A stretch of DNA of 64,000 bases from an uncultured delta proteobacterium (GCA_963843145.1 CAWJJC010000003.1:1-64000), one strand, 5' to 3'; counted from the stretch's first letter, positions 1 through 10,679 are shown. The notes: generated by a model not told the origin, from the letters alone. Translations and numbers: made by a program.

Positions 1-208
1 AATTATCACCGATAGAGGAACCCCCGTTGCCGTAATGCATAGCCTGGATCAGGTGGAGCCGGAAGCCCCGGTTGAGGAACGATTAGCCGTGTTAGCGCGT
101 GAAGGGCTGATCAGACTGCCAAAGTCCGCCGGTCGGCTGAAAGAAATTTCGGGAATAGAAATTCCCGGAAAACCGGCTTCCGAGTGGATCATTGAAGACC
201 GGCGATGA
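1..208 (+). CDS. Phd/YefM-family antitoxin, 5'-truncated by window edge
   Basis: Frame 2 reads IITDRGTPVAVM...SEWIIEDRR*; the stop overlaps the ATG of the PIN gene (ATGA at 205-208). Confidence 0.8.
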   Translation, partial: IITDRGTPVAVMHSLDQVEPEAPVEERLAVLAREGLIRLPKSAGRLKEISGIEIPGKPASEWIIEDRR

Positions 209-639
209 TCTTCATTGACAGCAGCGCCCTGGTTAAAAGGTATCTTAGAGAGAAGGGCAGTGAGCGGGTCCAGAAGACACTGTGCAGTGAAAACCTGTTG
301 GCCGTCTCAAAGTTGGCTTACCCGGAAGTACTCTCAGCGTTTATGCGGAAGTAGCGGGCCGGAGAGCTGGGTGAAGGCCCGTTGGAAAAAGTGATCGATT
401 GGTTCCTTTCGGATTGGGACAGGTTGATCATCGTTGAACTAAATGACGGACTGCTTCCGATTATAAAAACACTCGTCCATAATTACCCTCTGAAAGGGGC
501 TGATGCCGTGCACCTTGCTTCGGCCCTATGGCTCGCCCGGTCTTTAAAAGTGAATCTAGTCTTCATGGCCTCCGACCAAATGCTACTGAAAGCCGCCCTC
601 TCCGAAAATTTATTAGTGCTGGACCCCGCCGCCGGGTGA
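205..639 (+). pseudogene. vapC: VapC/PIN toxin with in-frame TAG at 352-354
   Basis: MIFIDSSALVKRY...AFMRK*RAGELG, continuing in frame into ORF 382-639 (LKGADAVHLASA, SDQML). Confidence 0.85.
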
Positions 640-655
640 TAAAAAGCATATTAAA

Positions 656-678
656 GTGCCAGGTCTTGACCTGTGACA
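656..678 (+). repeat. Solo copy of the RAYT-flanking inverted repeat motif
   Basis: GTGCCAGGTCTTGACCTGTGACA vs GTGCCAGGTCTTGACATTTGACA at 35696-35718. Confidence 0.85.
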
Positions 679-962
679 AAAGAGGCTCCTCTGGGTGGGC
701 TTCTGGTTTGGTGAGGATCTTGAGCCTTCCCTTGTAAGATTATACCTAAATATATTTAGGCATTACTTAGCGATGCAAAAAATACTTAAGAAGTATTTCA
801 AAGATTCCGATCTTACACCAGAGATTCAATAGATAGATCTCGGTGTTGCCGAGGTTTTAGTGCCCGAAGGGCCTGACGGTTAGGATGGCGGCAGGTCGTC
901 CCGCTGCAAGCGGGATCTGTAGTGTCGGTGGCGAAAAAAAGTTTTTAAAGAAAGGAGTCTTT

Positions 963-1859
963 ATGGCAGAGAAGAAGATTAGTACTTCGAAGGGCGGTTT
1001 TGTCGGGAAAAGGGGCTACGGCTGGGTGCCGGATATTCCGGATCAGCGGGATTATCTGTTGAGCGCGGTGCTCAAGGTGCCGGCCAGGCTGCCGGCCAAG
1101 GTGGATTTGCGGCCGCTCTGCTCCAAGGTGGAGGACCAGGGGCAGCTCGGAAGCTGCACGGCCAATGCCCTGGCGGGGGCCCTCGAGTTCCTGGAACGGA
1201 AAGACAAGGTCCGTTATCAGGATTTCAGCCGGCTCTTTATTTATTATAACGAACGGGTCCTGGAACACTCCGTAAACTCCGATTCGGGGGCCATGATCCG
1301 GGATGGAATCAAGACCCTGGCCAAACAAGGGGCCTGCTCCGAGAAAAGCTGGCCCTATATTGTCTCCAAGTTCAAAACCAAACCGGCAGCGGCCTGCTAC
1401 CAGGAGGCCCTGGAGCATCAAATCACCTCCTATCGCCGTATTCTGACCCTGGACCAGATGCGGACCTGTCTGGCCGAAGGGTTCCCTTTTGTCTTCGGTT
1501 TTGCCGTCTACGAGAGCTTTGAATCCCAGGAGGTGGCCCGGACGGGTATCGTGCCCATGCCTAAAGCGAAAGAGCAGTGCCTCGGCGGGCACGCTGTTCT
1601 CGGCGTGGGCTACGATGATTCCAAGGAGCGCTTTATTGTCCGCAATTCCTGGGGGACCGATTGGGGGATGAAGGGCTATTTCACCATGCCCTATAAATAT
1701 CTCAGTAACCGCAACCTTTCCGACGATTTCTGGACCATCCGCCGGGGGGAGTTGATGGTTCCGAAAAGGAAAGTGAAGGACAAAGACGATCTCTCACAGA
1801 GCGCGCAGAGAACGCAGAGAATAAATATTTTTTCATTGCCGGTGAGGGGCCGGCAATAA
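963..1859 (+). CDS. Papain-like C1A cysteine peptidase, copy 1 (C-terminus extended by a repeat)
   Basis: [22 protein letters not shown] and VRNSWG catalytic motifs; RBS AGGAG before ATG 963; no signal peptide. Confidence 0.92.
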   Translation: MAEKKISTSKGGFVGKRGYGWVPDIPDQRDYLLSAVLKVPARLPAKVDLRPLCSKVEDQGQLGSCTANALAGALEFLERKDKVRYQDFSRLFIYYNERVLEHSVNSDSGAMIRDGIKTLAKQGACSEKSWPYIVSKFKTKPAAACYQEALEHQITSYRRILTLDQMRTCLAEGFPFVFGFAVYESFESQEVARTGIVPMPKAKEQCLGGHAVLGVGYDDSKERFIVRNSWGTDWGMKGYFTMPYKYLSNRNLSDDFWTIRRGELMVPKRKVKDKDDLSQSAQRTQRINIFSLPVRGRQ

Positions 1860-1865
1860 AAAACA
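1779..1865 (+). repeat. Dispersed CACAGAG/ATTGCCGG repeat family (also ~5740-5830, 8047-8155, 18210-18360, 37952-38010)
   Basis: Shared GACAAA(A)GACGATCTCTCACAGAG...GCAGAGA head (partial at 5740), followed in most copies by an ATTGCCGG-n-CCGGCAAT hairpin. Confidence 0.85.
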
Positions 1866-2078
1866 ATTCTGCCGCTGGCGCGCTGCCGTTACAAATCGCC
1901 AAGTGAATCAGCCCCGCAGGATGGCGAGTTTCAGGGAAATCGTCCTTTTCTTTTGGGTTATCTGATATAATGATTAAAAACGAGCTTAGGGGAGTCCTGA
2001 ACCCTGGCCGGAGTTTATCCCGCACTTAAAGCGGGACCGGAGTAATGGCTTGGAGGATTCGTAAGGAAGAGGAGAATT

Positions 2079-2324
2079 ATGGAGATGAAAGGCAAGCCGC
2101 TCTTTATTAGAGCCGAATGGGACGATGAAGCGAGGGTTTGGGTAGCCAGCAGCGACGATGTGCCTGGATTGGCAACTGAAGGGGATACACTGGAAGGCTT
2201 GGTTGAAAAGCTGAAAGTCCTGATCCCTGAGCTGCTGGAAGCCAATGGAACAGCCGGGGAGAAAGAGATTCCCTTCGAAATTTTAACCCGCCGCTTTGAA
2301 ACTGCGCAAATGACGAGTCGTTGA
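2079..2324 (+). CDS. HicB-like antitoxin (DUF1902 type)
   Basis: AEWDDEARVWVASSDDVPGLATEGDTLEGL; overlaps hicA. Confidence 0.85.
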   Translation: MEMKGKPLFIRAEWDDEARVWVASSDDVPGLATEGDTLEGLVEKLKVLIPELLEANGTAGEKEIPFEILTRRFETAQMTSR

Positions 2325-2518
2325 TGGCTGATTATGCCCCAGCGTTGAAGCAGATACTTCGGGAAGCTGGGTGCCACTTCGATCGACAAAGTAAAGGGGA
2401 CCACGAAATGTGGTTCAGTCCGATTACCGGGATAAAATTTGTCGTTGACGGTACTATTAAATCTCGCCATACAGCCAACGCGGTTCTCAAGCAAGCCGGA
2501 TTACCTAAAAAGTTTTAA
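2321..2518 (+). CDS. hicA: HicA-family toxin
   Basis: LKQILREAGCHFDRQSKGDHEMW...HTANAVLKQAGL. Confidence 0.88.
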   Translation: MMADYAPALKQILREAGCHFDRQSKGDHEMWFSPITGIKFVVDGTIKSRHTANAVLKQAGLPKKF

Positions 2519-2768
2519 ACTGACCCAAGAAAATGGGCAAGAGAAACGTTTTTCAGGTCTTTTCGCTCTGCGCCCTGCGCTTCGCGCTCAGCAACCAGAA
2601 CCTTAACCGTGGAATCCCAGCCGAAATGTTATTCATAGTGGCCTCCTTCCCTCCGTGGTGGATAAGCCTTGAAGGCGTTGTATTGCCGCAGAAAAGGCAG
2701 ACAAGGGGAGAAGGGGGAGGGAAGATGGGAGATGGAAGCGACTATTCGCCACTGGCCGCTCCAAAAGG

Positions 2769-2797
2769 TTGACACTTCATAGGTGATAGTGTACACT
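2769..2797 (+). promoter_or_regulatory. sigma70 promoter with palindromic operator for the Phd-VapC operon
   Basis: TTGACA-17 bp-TACACT; palindrome AGTGTACACT overlaps the -10 box. Confidence 0.7.
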
Positions 2798-2828
2798 TTG
2801 ATTCATTGCCTGGTTAGAGGTGCTCCGA

Positions 2829-3065
2829 ATGATAGAGATCAACGCCAAAAAGGCCCGAGGGGAATGGAGTTCCCTGCTCAAAAGGGTAGAAGAGGGGGAT
2901 GAGGTGGTCATCTCCCGAAGGGGAGTAAGGGTGGCGAAGCTGGTTTCCTTAAAGGAAATCCCCAAGCGCTTACCCAGCCTGAAGGCTTTCCGGACGGGGG
3001 TTAGGATCAAGGGGGAACCCCTGAGCCAAACGGTGATCCAGTCCCGTGAAAAAGAACGCTACTAA
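2829..3065 (+). CDS. Phd/YefM antitoxin
   Basis: MIEINAKKARGEWSSLLKRVEEGDEVVISRRGVRVAKL. Confidence 0.88.
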   Translation: MIEINAKKARGEWSSLLKRVEEGDEVVISRRGVRVAKLVSLKEIPKRLPSLKAFRTGVRIKGEPLSQTVIQSREKERY

Positions 3066-3492
3066 AGGCTGTTATATTGATACCAGCTTGTTGGCCGCCT
3101 ACTACACACCGGAACCGCTCAGCGATGCGGTGGAAAAATTTCTGATCAAACAAGAACGCCCGGCCGTCAGCAGTCTGATCGAATTGGAGCTATTTTCTTC
3201 CCTGTCGCGCAAAGTGCGGGAGGAAGGACTCGACCCGGCGGATGCCCGTAAGGTGGGCGCCCGTTTTCTCGCCCACCTGGAGAGCGGGTTTTTTACCCGG
3301 CTTCCGGTGGAGGCCGGCCATTATCGTCTGGCTCGTGATTGGCTGGGCCTTTTTAACACCAGCCTGCGGAGTTTGGATGCGCTGCATTTGGCCATTGCCT
3401 CAAACGCCGGATTGGTCGTGGCCACCGCGGACATGGGACTGGCCAAAGCAGCCCGGGCTCTTGGCCTGGATGTGTTGCCCTTAACCGGGTAA
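3046..3492 (+). CDS. vapC: VapC/PIN toxin
   Basis: YIDTSLL...LRSLDALHLAIA...TAD; overlaps the antitoxin. Confidence 0.9.
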   Translation: MKKNATKGCYIDTSLLAAYYTPEPLSDAVEKFLIKQERPAVSSLIELELFSSLSRKVREEGLDPADARKVGARFLAHLESGFFTRLPVEAGHYRLARDWLGLFNTSLRSLDALHLAIASNAGLVVATADMGLAKAARALGLDVLPLTG

Positions 3493-3720
3493 GCGGCAGA
3501 AGGGCCTGAAAAAAGCAGACAGGGAAGATGCAAGATGGTAGGGAGAAGCAACTACCAGGAAGAGGGAATCCGATCCCAGGAATAGTGGGGAATGATGGGA
3601 TAATGAAATATTGGAAGGAGGGGCGCTTAGAAGAAAAACGCGAAATGCAAATTTTAAACGGGAGAAATTTTTTGCTTTCTGTCATTCCAGTCCAGGCCGG
3701 TAGTCTTTCGTTTCCATCTT

Positions 3721-4836
3721 CTATCTTCCATCTTTGATCTTGGCACCCCTCGCCAGCCCAATCCCGATTAGCGTCCCCAGAATGTTGCATGCCAGGTCGC
3801 TGGCCTGGGAGTTTCGGCTCGGCAGATAGACTTGGGTCAGTTCAATGGCCAGGCTGATGCCGGTGCCCAGGACCAGGGTGGCGATCCCGGCACGGAGGAA
3901 AGACTGGCGGGTGAAGCGCCGCAGCCAGAGGACGAAGAAAAAACCCAGGGGAATAAAGCCCAGGATATTGACGGCTACGTCCTGGTAGAAACTCAGGCGT
4001 TTCAACTGCTCTTTCGTCGGCCATTCCAGGATGATCTTCTGCAAGGGATGAAAAATAGCAGGTTTCAGGAGAGGGTGCGCGCCGCCTGCCAGGTTGCGGA
4101 CCCTGTCCCCTTTTCCCTCGGTGAAGGGGTAGAGCCCGATCAGCCCCGAGCCGCTTTTCAGGCAGGAGTAGTCCCTGCGGACCCAGCAGGTATGATTTTC
4201 CCGGACCTCTCGGTCCGAAAGTGCCCGGTTATACAAGGCCAGCCCCTGCAGGTCCCCTTCCCAAAAGCTTTTCCCGATGGCCGAGTTGCCGAGGACCAGA
4301 ACGCTCGGGCCGGTCGGCCCGTCTTCCAGGAGCGGGAAACCGGGGAATGTGTTTTCCTTAGCCCCATCCACATACAGGGTCGTCCCCTCCGGCGAAGAGG
4401 TCAGGGTTACAAAAACCTTCCGGTTTTTGACCAGGACTTGGGCTTGGCCCCTTTCCCGATATCCCCGGGGGACGTCCGCATGGGCGGTCCGGACCCGGAT
4501 AGCCGGCGAATCCTTCCACTGGCCGATCAGAAAGACCTCCTGCCGACGGCCGTCCCAAAAGGAAAGGATCTGGGCCAGCCGGTTGTTCGGCTCGGCGGCC
4601 GGACACAACTCCATCTCCAAACTGATACTCCGTCCCGAAAAGGCCCCCGCCAGATCTCCGCCGGTATAGAGGTGGCCCGGCCCGCTGAAGCGGACGCCCG
4701 GTTCCCCTTTCAACCAAAAAACTTGATTAAAAGGGTTCAGGTTAAAGGGGAAGAGGCCGAATAATAACAAAAGGATAAAAATGGAACAGCAAATGAAACT
4801 CAGGAGCTTTTTATTTATTTCGGTCACTGTCGTCAT
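3721..4836 (-). CDS. VanZ-family membrane protein with LamG-like periplasmic domain
   Basis: C-terminal DVAVNILGFIPLG...SLAIELTQVYLPSRNSQASDLACNILG; internal LYVDG and LALYNRALS LamG motifs; start uncertain. Confidence 0.82.
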   Translation of the reverse strand: MTTVTEINKKLLSFICCSIFILLLLFGLFPFNLNPFNQVFWLKGEPGVRFSGPGHLYTGGDLAGAFSGRSISLEMELCPAAEPNNRLAQILSFWDGRRQEVFLIGQWKDSPAIRVRTAHADVPRGYRERGQAQVLVKNRKVFVTLTSSPEGTTLYVDGAKENTFPGFPLLEDGPTGPSVLVLGNSAIGKSFWEGDLQGLALYNRALSDREVRENHTCWVRRDYSCLKSGSGLIGLYPFTEGKGDRVRNLAGGAHPLLKPAIFHPLQKIILEWPTKEQLKRLSFYQDVAVNILGFIPLGFFFVLWLRRFTRQSFLRAGIATLVLGTGISLAIELTQVYLPSRNSQASDLACNILGTLIGIGLARGAKIKDGR

Positions 4837-5657
4837 TAGTCTGCTGCTCTTTTTTCCATTGAAGGACCTGCTGTTCTCGAAGGCCGGCGGGATGTACTAT
4901 GAGTATTATTCCCATATCTACCTGATCCCCCTGGTAAGCGCCTACCTGCTCGCCATCCGCCGGGATGAAATCTGGTCTCACGGTAACTTATGGCTTCCCC
5001 CTGGGGTTGCCGGTCGTCGCGATCGGCATTATAGGCTATGGGGCCGCCTTGGTACAAGGGACAAGTCTGGATTTCATCGATGGGATTGCCTGGCGGATCG
5101 CCTCCCTGCTGGTGGCCTGGCTGGGGGCCTTCCTGCTCTTTTTCGGGACCCGGGCCTTCCGCACCGCCCTTTTCCCGCTATTCTTTCTGTTTTTCTTAGT
5201 CCCTTTCCCCACGGACCTGATGGGCACTTTTATCTATCTGCTCCAGGTGGGCTCCGTCTGGTCCACGGCCCAGATCTTCAACCTTTTGGGCACCTCCTAC
5301 TTCCAGGAGGGCTTCGTTTTCCAGATGGGCCAGGTGACCATCGAGGTGGCCAAGCAGTGCAGCGGCATCCGCTCCACCATGGCTATGATCATCACCGGCG
5401 TCCTGGCCGCCCACCTCTTCCTGCGGCGTCCCTGGAGCAAGTGTATTCTCATGCTCACCATCCTGCCCATCACCGTCTTCAAGAACGGCCTGCGCATCGT
5501 CATCCTCACCCTCCTGGCCATCCACGTGGACGAACGCTTCCTGACCGGCGGGTTTTTACATAAGTCGGGCGGGTTTTTGTTCTATATACCGGGGTTGATT
5601 ATTTTTGGGGCGATTTTGCTTCTTTTAAGAAAAATGGAGGGCAAGGAAACGCGATAA
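4793..5657 (+). CDS. Exosortase, frameshifted near 4965-4990
   Basis: YSHIYLIP in the first frame; EVAKQCSGIRS, KNGLRIV and FLHKSGG catalytic motifs in the second frame. Confidence 0.88.
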
Positions 5658-6064
5658 AGGAAATGGTGAAGGACCTTTACCTAATTCTTCTGCAGCACTT
5701 GATGAGGAAGAACCTATTGGAACAAAAGGATTTATTTAACACAGAGGCACGGAGAATACAGAGAGAATAATTTTTTTCATTGCCGGGAGATACCGGCAAT
5801 GAAAAACCACTCGGCCTCCGGCAGTTGTCCATCGGCACTTAGTATCGGGTCGGTAACAAATGTTGTTTTGTCTTACGCTATGTGCTCATCGCCCATCTGG
5901 CCATTAAACGTGCCTGCCGCGTCGAAATGTTATTCCTGCACCGCAGGCTGCGAGATCTTTCCTAAAATCGGAAGATGCTGATTTTAGGAAAATTTAGTTT
6001 CTCTTTGAATTTTGAACTGCCGGTATAGGCTTTCCCCTTGGGCCTAAAGGAGTCAACCTCGGCG

Positions 6065-6481
6065 CTACCCCCCGATCTCCTGATTGCCCAACCAATCAAC
6101 TCCGACTATCCCCTCCAGTTTTTTAAACTCAGGGTCCCCGGTGACCACGGGGGCTTTTTCCCTGACAGCCGTGGCCGCGGCGAAGCAATCGGCATAGGAA
6201 ACGGCGTATCGGGCTTTGATCCTGGCCGCCTCCATGACATCCTGGAAGGTATTGCCCACTTTTTGAAGGGGAAGACTGGGATAAATGGTGTTCAAAAAGT
6301 ATTCGGCCTGGTCCAGGCCCCGTGCCCGGGCGAGTATATAAAAAACCTCCCCCAGATTTATTTCGTTGATGAAGACCACGGTTTCTTCCGAAGAAAGGAG
6401 ATCCTTGACCTCCCGGTAGCCACCCTCCATGTTGAGGTAAAGCAACAGCGCAAAAGAATCAAATACTTTTCTTGTTTTCAC
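6065..6481 (-). CDS. vapC: VapC/PIN toxin
   Basis: VFDSFALL...INLGEV...SYADCFAAATA...VTGDPEF. Confidence 0.9.
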   Translation of the reverse strand: MKTRKVFDSFALLLYLNMEGGYREVKDLLSSEETVVFINEINLGEVFYILARARGLDQAEYFLNTIYPSLPLQKVGNTFQDVMEAARIKARYAVSYADCFAAATAVREKAPVVTGDPEFKKLEGIVGVDWLGNQEIGG

Positions 6482-6707
6482 GCTCCCGTTCCTCCTTGCG
6501 ATCCCTTAGCAGGGCTTTGGTAAGGGATGCCCCCCCCTTGAAAAATCCGCAGAAATATTCCACCGGATCCTCCGGAAGAGGACGTATCTCGATATGGTCG
6601 TCGATCGCCTCTACCACTACCCGCAACCCCGGTTTAATGCCAATTTTTTCTCTTTCCTTTTTGGGTATGACGATCTGACATTTCGCCGAAGTAGTAACGG
6701 TCGGCAT
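6459..6707 (-). CDS. AbrB/MazE-family antitoxin
   Basis: MPTVTTSAKCQIVIPKKEREKIGIKPG. Confidence 0.9.
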   Translation of the reverse strand: MPTVTTSAKCQIVIPKKEREKIGIKPGLRVVVEAIDDHIEIRPLPEDPVEYFCGFFKGGASLTKALLRDRKEERERENKKSI

Positions 6708-6748
6708 TCGTAAAACCTCCAATTTTCTTGTTGAACCAATTATGGATC

Positions 6749-6776
6749 AGTATAACGAATATGGAGGGTTTGTCAA
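6749..6776 (-). promoter_or_regulatory. sigma70 promoter of abrB-vapC
   Basis: TTGACA-16 bp-TATACT on the minus strand. Confidence 0.65.
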
Positions 6777-7004
6777 GCGTTACCGAGTAGGAAGAGGGAA
6801 GCAAAAAAGAGGGAGAGAGAGGAGAGGAAAGATGTAAAGAAAGGGAGAGGGAAAGAAACTGGCTCTTATTGGTGACGGGCTGGATTCCAGTTCTCCCTTT
6901 TCTTTCAGGCTACCCGAGAGGGTAAATCGGTCACTTCTTTGACCGGTCTCCGGATCGGTTTCCGCGTACCGTAGGAACTTGACGAGCGCGTAAGCTACTA
7001 GTTG

Positions 7005-7255
7005 CGTCTACAGATTGAACCTGTGACCGGCGAGCAGCTTTATTCTCTCCGGGTCACACGGAGCGCCAGAGCCATACCGTGCATTGGTAACGGTACCACC
7101 CTGGTGCTGGTCAGCCTCCAGCACCAGCACGACAAGGCCTACCGCCGGCCCTGAAGGTTTCCAGGTCGGACTATTCCCGAACGGAAGCAAATGGGGGAGA
7201 ACTCGGTGGGATAATACCCTATAAACAACTTCAATGGCTACACCGACGTCCCCGG
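7005..7255. ncRNA. Putative structured non-coding element, family unknown
   Basis: Consecutive stems GTGACCGG/CCGGGTCAC, GCGCCAG..TACCGT/ACGGTA..CTGGTGC, GTGCTGG/CCAGCAC, CCTG/CAGG; no convincing ORF. Confidence 0.4.
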
Positions 7256-7283
7256 CTATTTTTTTCTCAATTCCCGCTCAGTT

Positions 7284-7586
7284 TTATCGGGAGCGTCGGT
7301 AGAGATCGTCGCGATCAAGGACGCGCAACAGGGTGAGTGAGGCCGACCAGTCAGGGTTTCCCGCAGGCAGGTAGGCCCCCGGGTCAAAAGAAAGCCGATA
7401 TCGCCGATCGATCCGTATGGACCAGGCCGTGGGATCATTGATGATACGCTCAAGCCGGAGGCCGGGATGCAGAGGGTTCGTTTCGAGAAGGCGAAGCGTT
7501 TTAACCAGCTTAGTCCCGAGGGCGGGGTCGCGGCGAAAAACCTCCGCATCTTCAAGAAACTTCCGGGTCGGGACCAGATTCGGCAT
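7284..7586 (-). CDS. RelE/ParE-superfamily toxin
   Basis: MPNLVPTRKFLED...LETNPLHPGLRLERI...WSIRIDRRYRLSF...LLRVLDRDDLY. Confidence 0.75.
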   Translation of the reverse strand: MPNLVPTRKFLEDAEVFRRDPALGTKLVKTLRLLETNPLHPGLRLERIINDPTAWSIRIDRRYRLSFDPGAYLPAGNPDWSASLTLLRVLDRDDLYRRSR

Positions 7587-7829
7587 CTTTCGATCTCCTC
7601 GGCCAGCCACGTCGGCAGGGGAGCGGTACCGCTCTGACGCGCCTCGTCCAGTTTGATAAGCCCCTGCTTGGCAAGGCGTACCGTTCCGAATATTTCTACG
7701 GGCTGGAGCAAGACCGCGCCCCCCTCGATCACTTGTATATCCAGATAGTCGCCGTTCGAAAGGCCAAGATCTCTGCGAATGGTAGCGGGAAGATTGATGC
7801 TCTCCTCGTTTATCTATGGCGATCAGCAT
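7552..7829 (-). pseudogene. AbrB-family antitoxin with two apparent single-base frameshifts
   Basis: Reconstructs as MLIAIDKRG/SINLPATIRRDLGLSNGDYLDIQVIEGGAVLLQP...EEIE/DAESGPDPEVS*. Confidence 0.75.
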
Positions 7830-7866
7830 ATTCTTAACCATATCCCCTCAAAAAATTTTTAGAAAA

Positions 7867-7895
7867 AATATAATGTCAATTTGTCATTATGTCAA
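7867..7895 (-). promoter_or_regulatory. sigma70 promoter with three TGACA repeats (candidate antitoxin operator)
   Basis: TTGACATAATGACAAATTGACATTATATT: TTGACA-17 bp-TATATT. Confidence 0.6.
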
Positions 7896-8923
7896 TAAAT
7901 AAAATTCGCAACCCCACCTCCGCTTTTAAGGAAGACGACCCTATCCTTCGTTCCGCGTTCAGAACGACTCGGTCTCTGAATCCTTAACCGTTATTCCCGC
8001 AGCGCTTCTGAGCGGGAATCCAGCCTTATAAAAGATTGTCCCTTCAAGACAAAGACGATCTCTCACAGAGCACAGAGAACGCAGAGAGTAGATATTTTTT
8101 TCATTGCCGGTGAGTCACTGGCAATGAAAAACCAACTCGGCCTCCGGCGGTTGTCCCTCGACGGTTTTTATTGGTTCATAATAATCGTCTTTATCTAGCG
8201 TCTCGCTAATGAGCGTTGCGTCTGAGGGATTCGTTTTATGGTGCCTTTTGGCAAGGTACGCTGGATCCCCGATAAAGGCACTCGGGGATGACGAGAAATG
8301 AATGAATATTGTCAAAATTAAAAGTGCAAATTTTATATTATTCAGCTAGTTCGCTTTGTCTGGTCTCGTTTTGGCCGTCTCGTTCCATTTCCGCCTCAAA
8401 TTGATCCAGGCCCGCCCGGCCAGGGCGCTTCTATCCTTCTCGGTGATACCCAGTTCTGAGGCCCGAAGGGCCGAACGGTTTATCCGTGACTCTTCTATTT
8501 CCCTTTTCTTTTTTACGCTCGCGCCGCGCTAGCGCTCTGCGATATTCATTGCGGTCTTTTCAGATTAATTATTCTTAAGCAAGAAAGAAAGAATCGATCA
8601 AGAAATTTTCTGAATAAATGATAAATGGCGGTAGATATATACTCATTCCTCCTTTCCCGATGCGACTTTCTTCTCTCTTCCGCTTCTCATTAGTTTGTAT
8701 GTCGGATTTTTTCAGTTGCTTCTTTTTATTTATACTGTTGAGATATTAATTATTTATTATTTTTTCCAAACCCCCGGTGGAAAATAAATTATGTCGGAGA
8801 CTTAGATTCGATTGTTTGAGCGATTGGGCTGATTTATAAATTCTTATACTTTCAATAAATTTACATGTTATTTAAAGAAGTGATATTAAATTGTTCGAAA
8901 TATAGATTCGCCAGTTTTGCTGT

Positions 8924-8938
8924 TGGAACATAATTTGA
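8924..8938 (+). promoter_or_regulatory. Possible sigma54 promoter of the PEP-CTERM gene
   Basis: TGGAAC-ATAAT-TTGA, an imperfect -24/-12 match; PrsR-type sigma54 activator present in the window. Confidence 0.3.
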
Positions 8939-8996
8939 TTAGCTCCAGTAAATCGAAAGTATATACATCATATAAGAATTTAAGGAGAAAAAGAAA

Positions 8997-9612
8997 ATGA
9001 AAAAATTATTTTTGATGGCAATCATGGCGGTCGCATTCTGTCAGCAGCTCCCGTGGTACTAGCCCTTCCTTTATGGACGTAGGTGACACTATAGCTACAC
9101 ATTGTCTACTCTGTGTGGCCACTGTTATGGGTACGGCGGACTTTTCACGATACCGATACATACTGGGCCGTCAGTAGTCCTTCTGTATTGAGTTGACCGA
9201 GCTATCGATATGTGATATCTTGGATCTTTCTATGCGCATATGGGCGGGTAGGTGGACCGTCTGCATTATTAGTTCACAAACAGATTGGCTGTATTCACAG
9301 TATATACAAGGCAATTCGTCATATAGCAACGTCCAAGCACTGCAAATTGCATTTTGGATCTTGGAAGAGGGAGTAACTGACATAGAGGCTAACAGTTGGT
9401 TCGGTTCGGCATTGACTGGCACTGCCAAAGACTATATAAATGCTGCGCCAACAACCGGCAGCTATGGCACACAGGTTTTAAATTTAGTCGGTTCTGACCG
9501 TACCCAACATCAGAGCCAGCTATTTCAAGGTGTTCCCGAACCTGGAACTCTGCTTCTTTTAGGGTTTGGGTTGGTGGGATTGGCAGGAGTGAGGAGGAAG
9601 TTCCGGAAATAG
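8997..9612 (+). pseudogene. PEP-CTERM protein, frameshifted in its 5' half
   Basis: RBS AAGGAG; signal-like MKKLFLMAIMAVAF; C-terminal VPEPGTLLLLGFGLVGLAGVRRKFRK. Confidence 0.88.
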
Positions 9613-9693
9613 ATCGAGTTCTATTGCTTTCTCAAACGTTGGTTCTAATTATCGATGAGGAAGGAGGGGTCAATTTGGCCCTGCCTTCCTCAT

Positions 9694-9965
9694 TGCCTAT
9701 TCCACGCAATCCGGCCACCTAATCCATGATTATCCAGCCAGCCATTCCATGGGCATCTGGCCAGTTGCCGGAGCGAAGCGATGCGGGTAAATTCATGGTT
9801 ACTCCAAAGCCGCACAAGTCAACGAAGATTCAAGTTTTCGCATCGAGTCTCCATTCAAGGGTATTTTATGGGCGTAGTGGATCAGGCGATCCAGGATGGC
9901 ATCGGCCAGGGTGGGATCCCCGATTTGGGTGTGCCATTTATCCACCGAGGAGGAAAAGGGGTCAC
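9694..9965 (-). mobile_element. istB: IS21-family remnant (istB 3' end and terminal repeats)
   Basis: [34 protein letters not shown]; element end TGCCTATTCCA with repeated ATCC(G/A)GCCA..TCCA units. Confidence 0.85.
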
Positions 9966-10679
9966 CCATTAAAAGGCCTCTATCAAGAGAAAAGACAACC
10001 CCCGGCTGCAAGAAAGAGCATTTTCTTCTTACAGAGACTGGACATGATAGAACTACGCCGAGGTCTTCAACGCCTTTACCAATGCTGAAATTTCAAAGGT
10101 CGTGTTGTGGCGGCAGCATTTTTCTTCACTGCACCGGTCACCCATCAGGATCAAGGTCAAAGGATTCAATTTGGTAAGAAGGCATCAGGCCCGATCTTTA
10201 GGAGTCCAGTATCCTGGGTCGGTATACCACTATCTGCTGGAGCAATGAGCGGCGGGACAGCTTCCGGGAGGATGAAGACCGTGGGGTATTCCTGAAGGTC
10301 CTGGCTGGGTCCCAAACCATTTACAGCGTGAAGCTTTGTGCCGTCAGTTTCCCGATTCCTATAAAAATTGCATCCTGATCGCTTCTCGGTTTGACCGATT
10401 TGAGCCCGGTTTGACAACAGGACGACGGTACTCAAACGGCTAAATGTGAATGGGCGCAAACCGATGAATGCGCGACAAAACATCTGACAGGGTGTCTTTG
10501 ACCCGCGCCGTATCGTAATCGGTTTGCAATCCGACCCAGAAACCATCACTGGTGCCGAAAAAGCTAGAAGTCACAGGCCTGTATCGGCGGTTATGGACCG
10601 CTTGCCGGCTATTATTTCACTGATACGTCGTTGAGACACCCCGATTTCTTTGGAGAGCCGGTACTGAGTAATTCCCATT

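Noticed and set aside
352-354. In-frame TAG in vapC as pyrrolysine
   Set aside because: Not at a catalytic position, no pyl genes in the window, and many neighbouring genes are broken; a nonsense mutation or sequencing error is simpler
885-962. Upstream start of C1A peptidase copy 1
   Set aside because: Lies in a MITE half copy; the RBS and the paralogue support ATG 963
10166-10560. 127-aa ORF or degenerate REP cluster
   Set aside because: No recognisable protein motif, and the repeat similarity is too weak to support by eye
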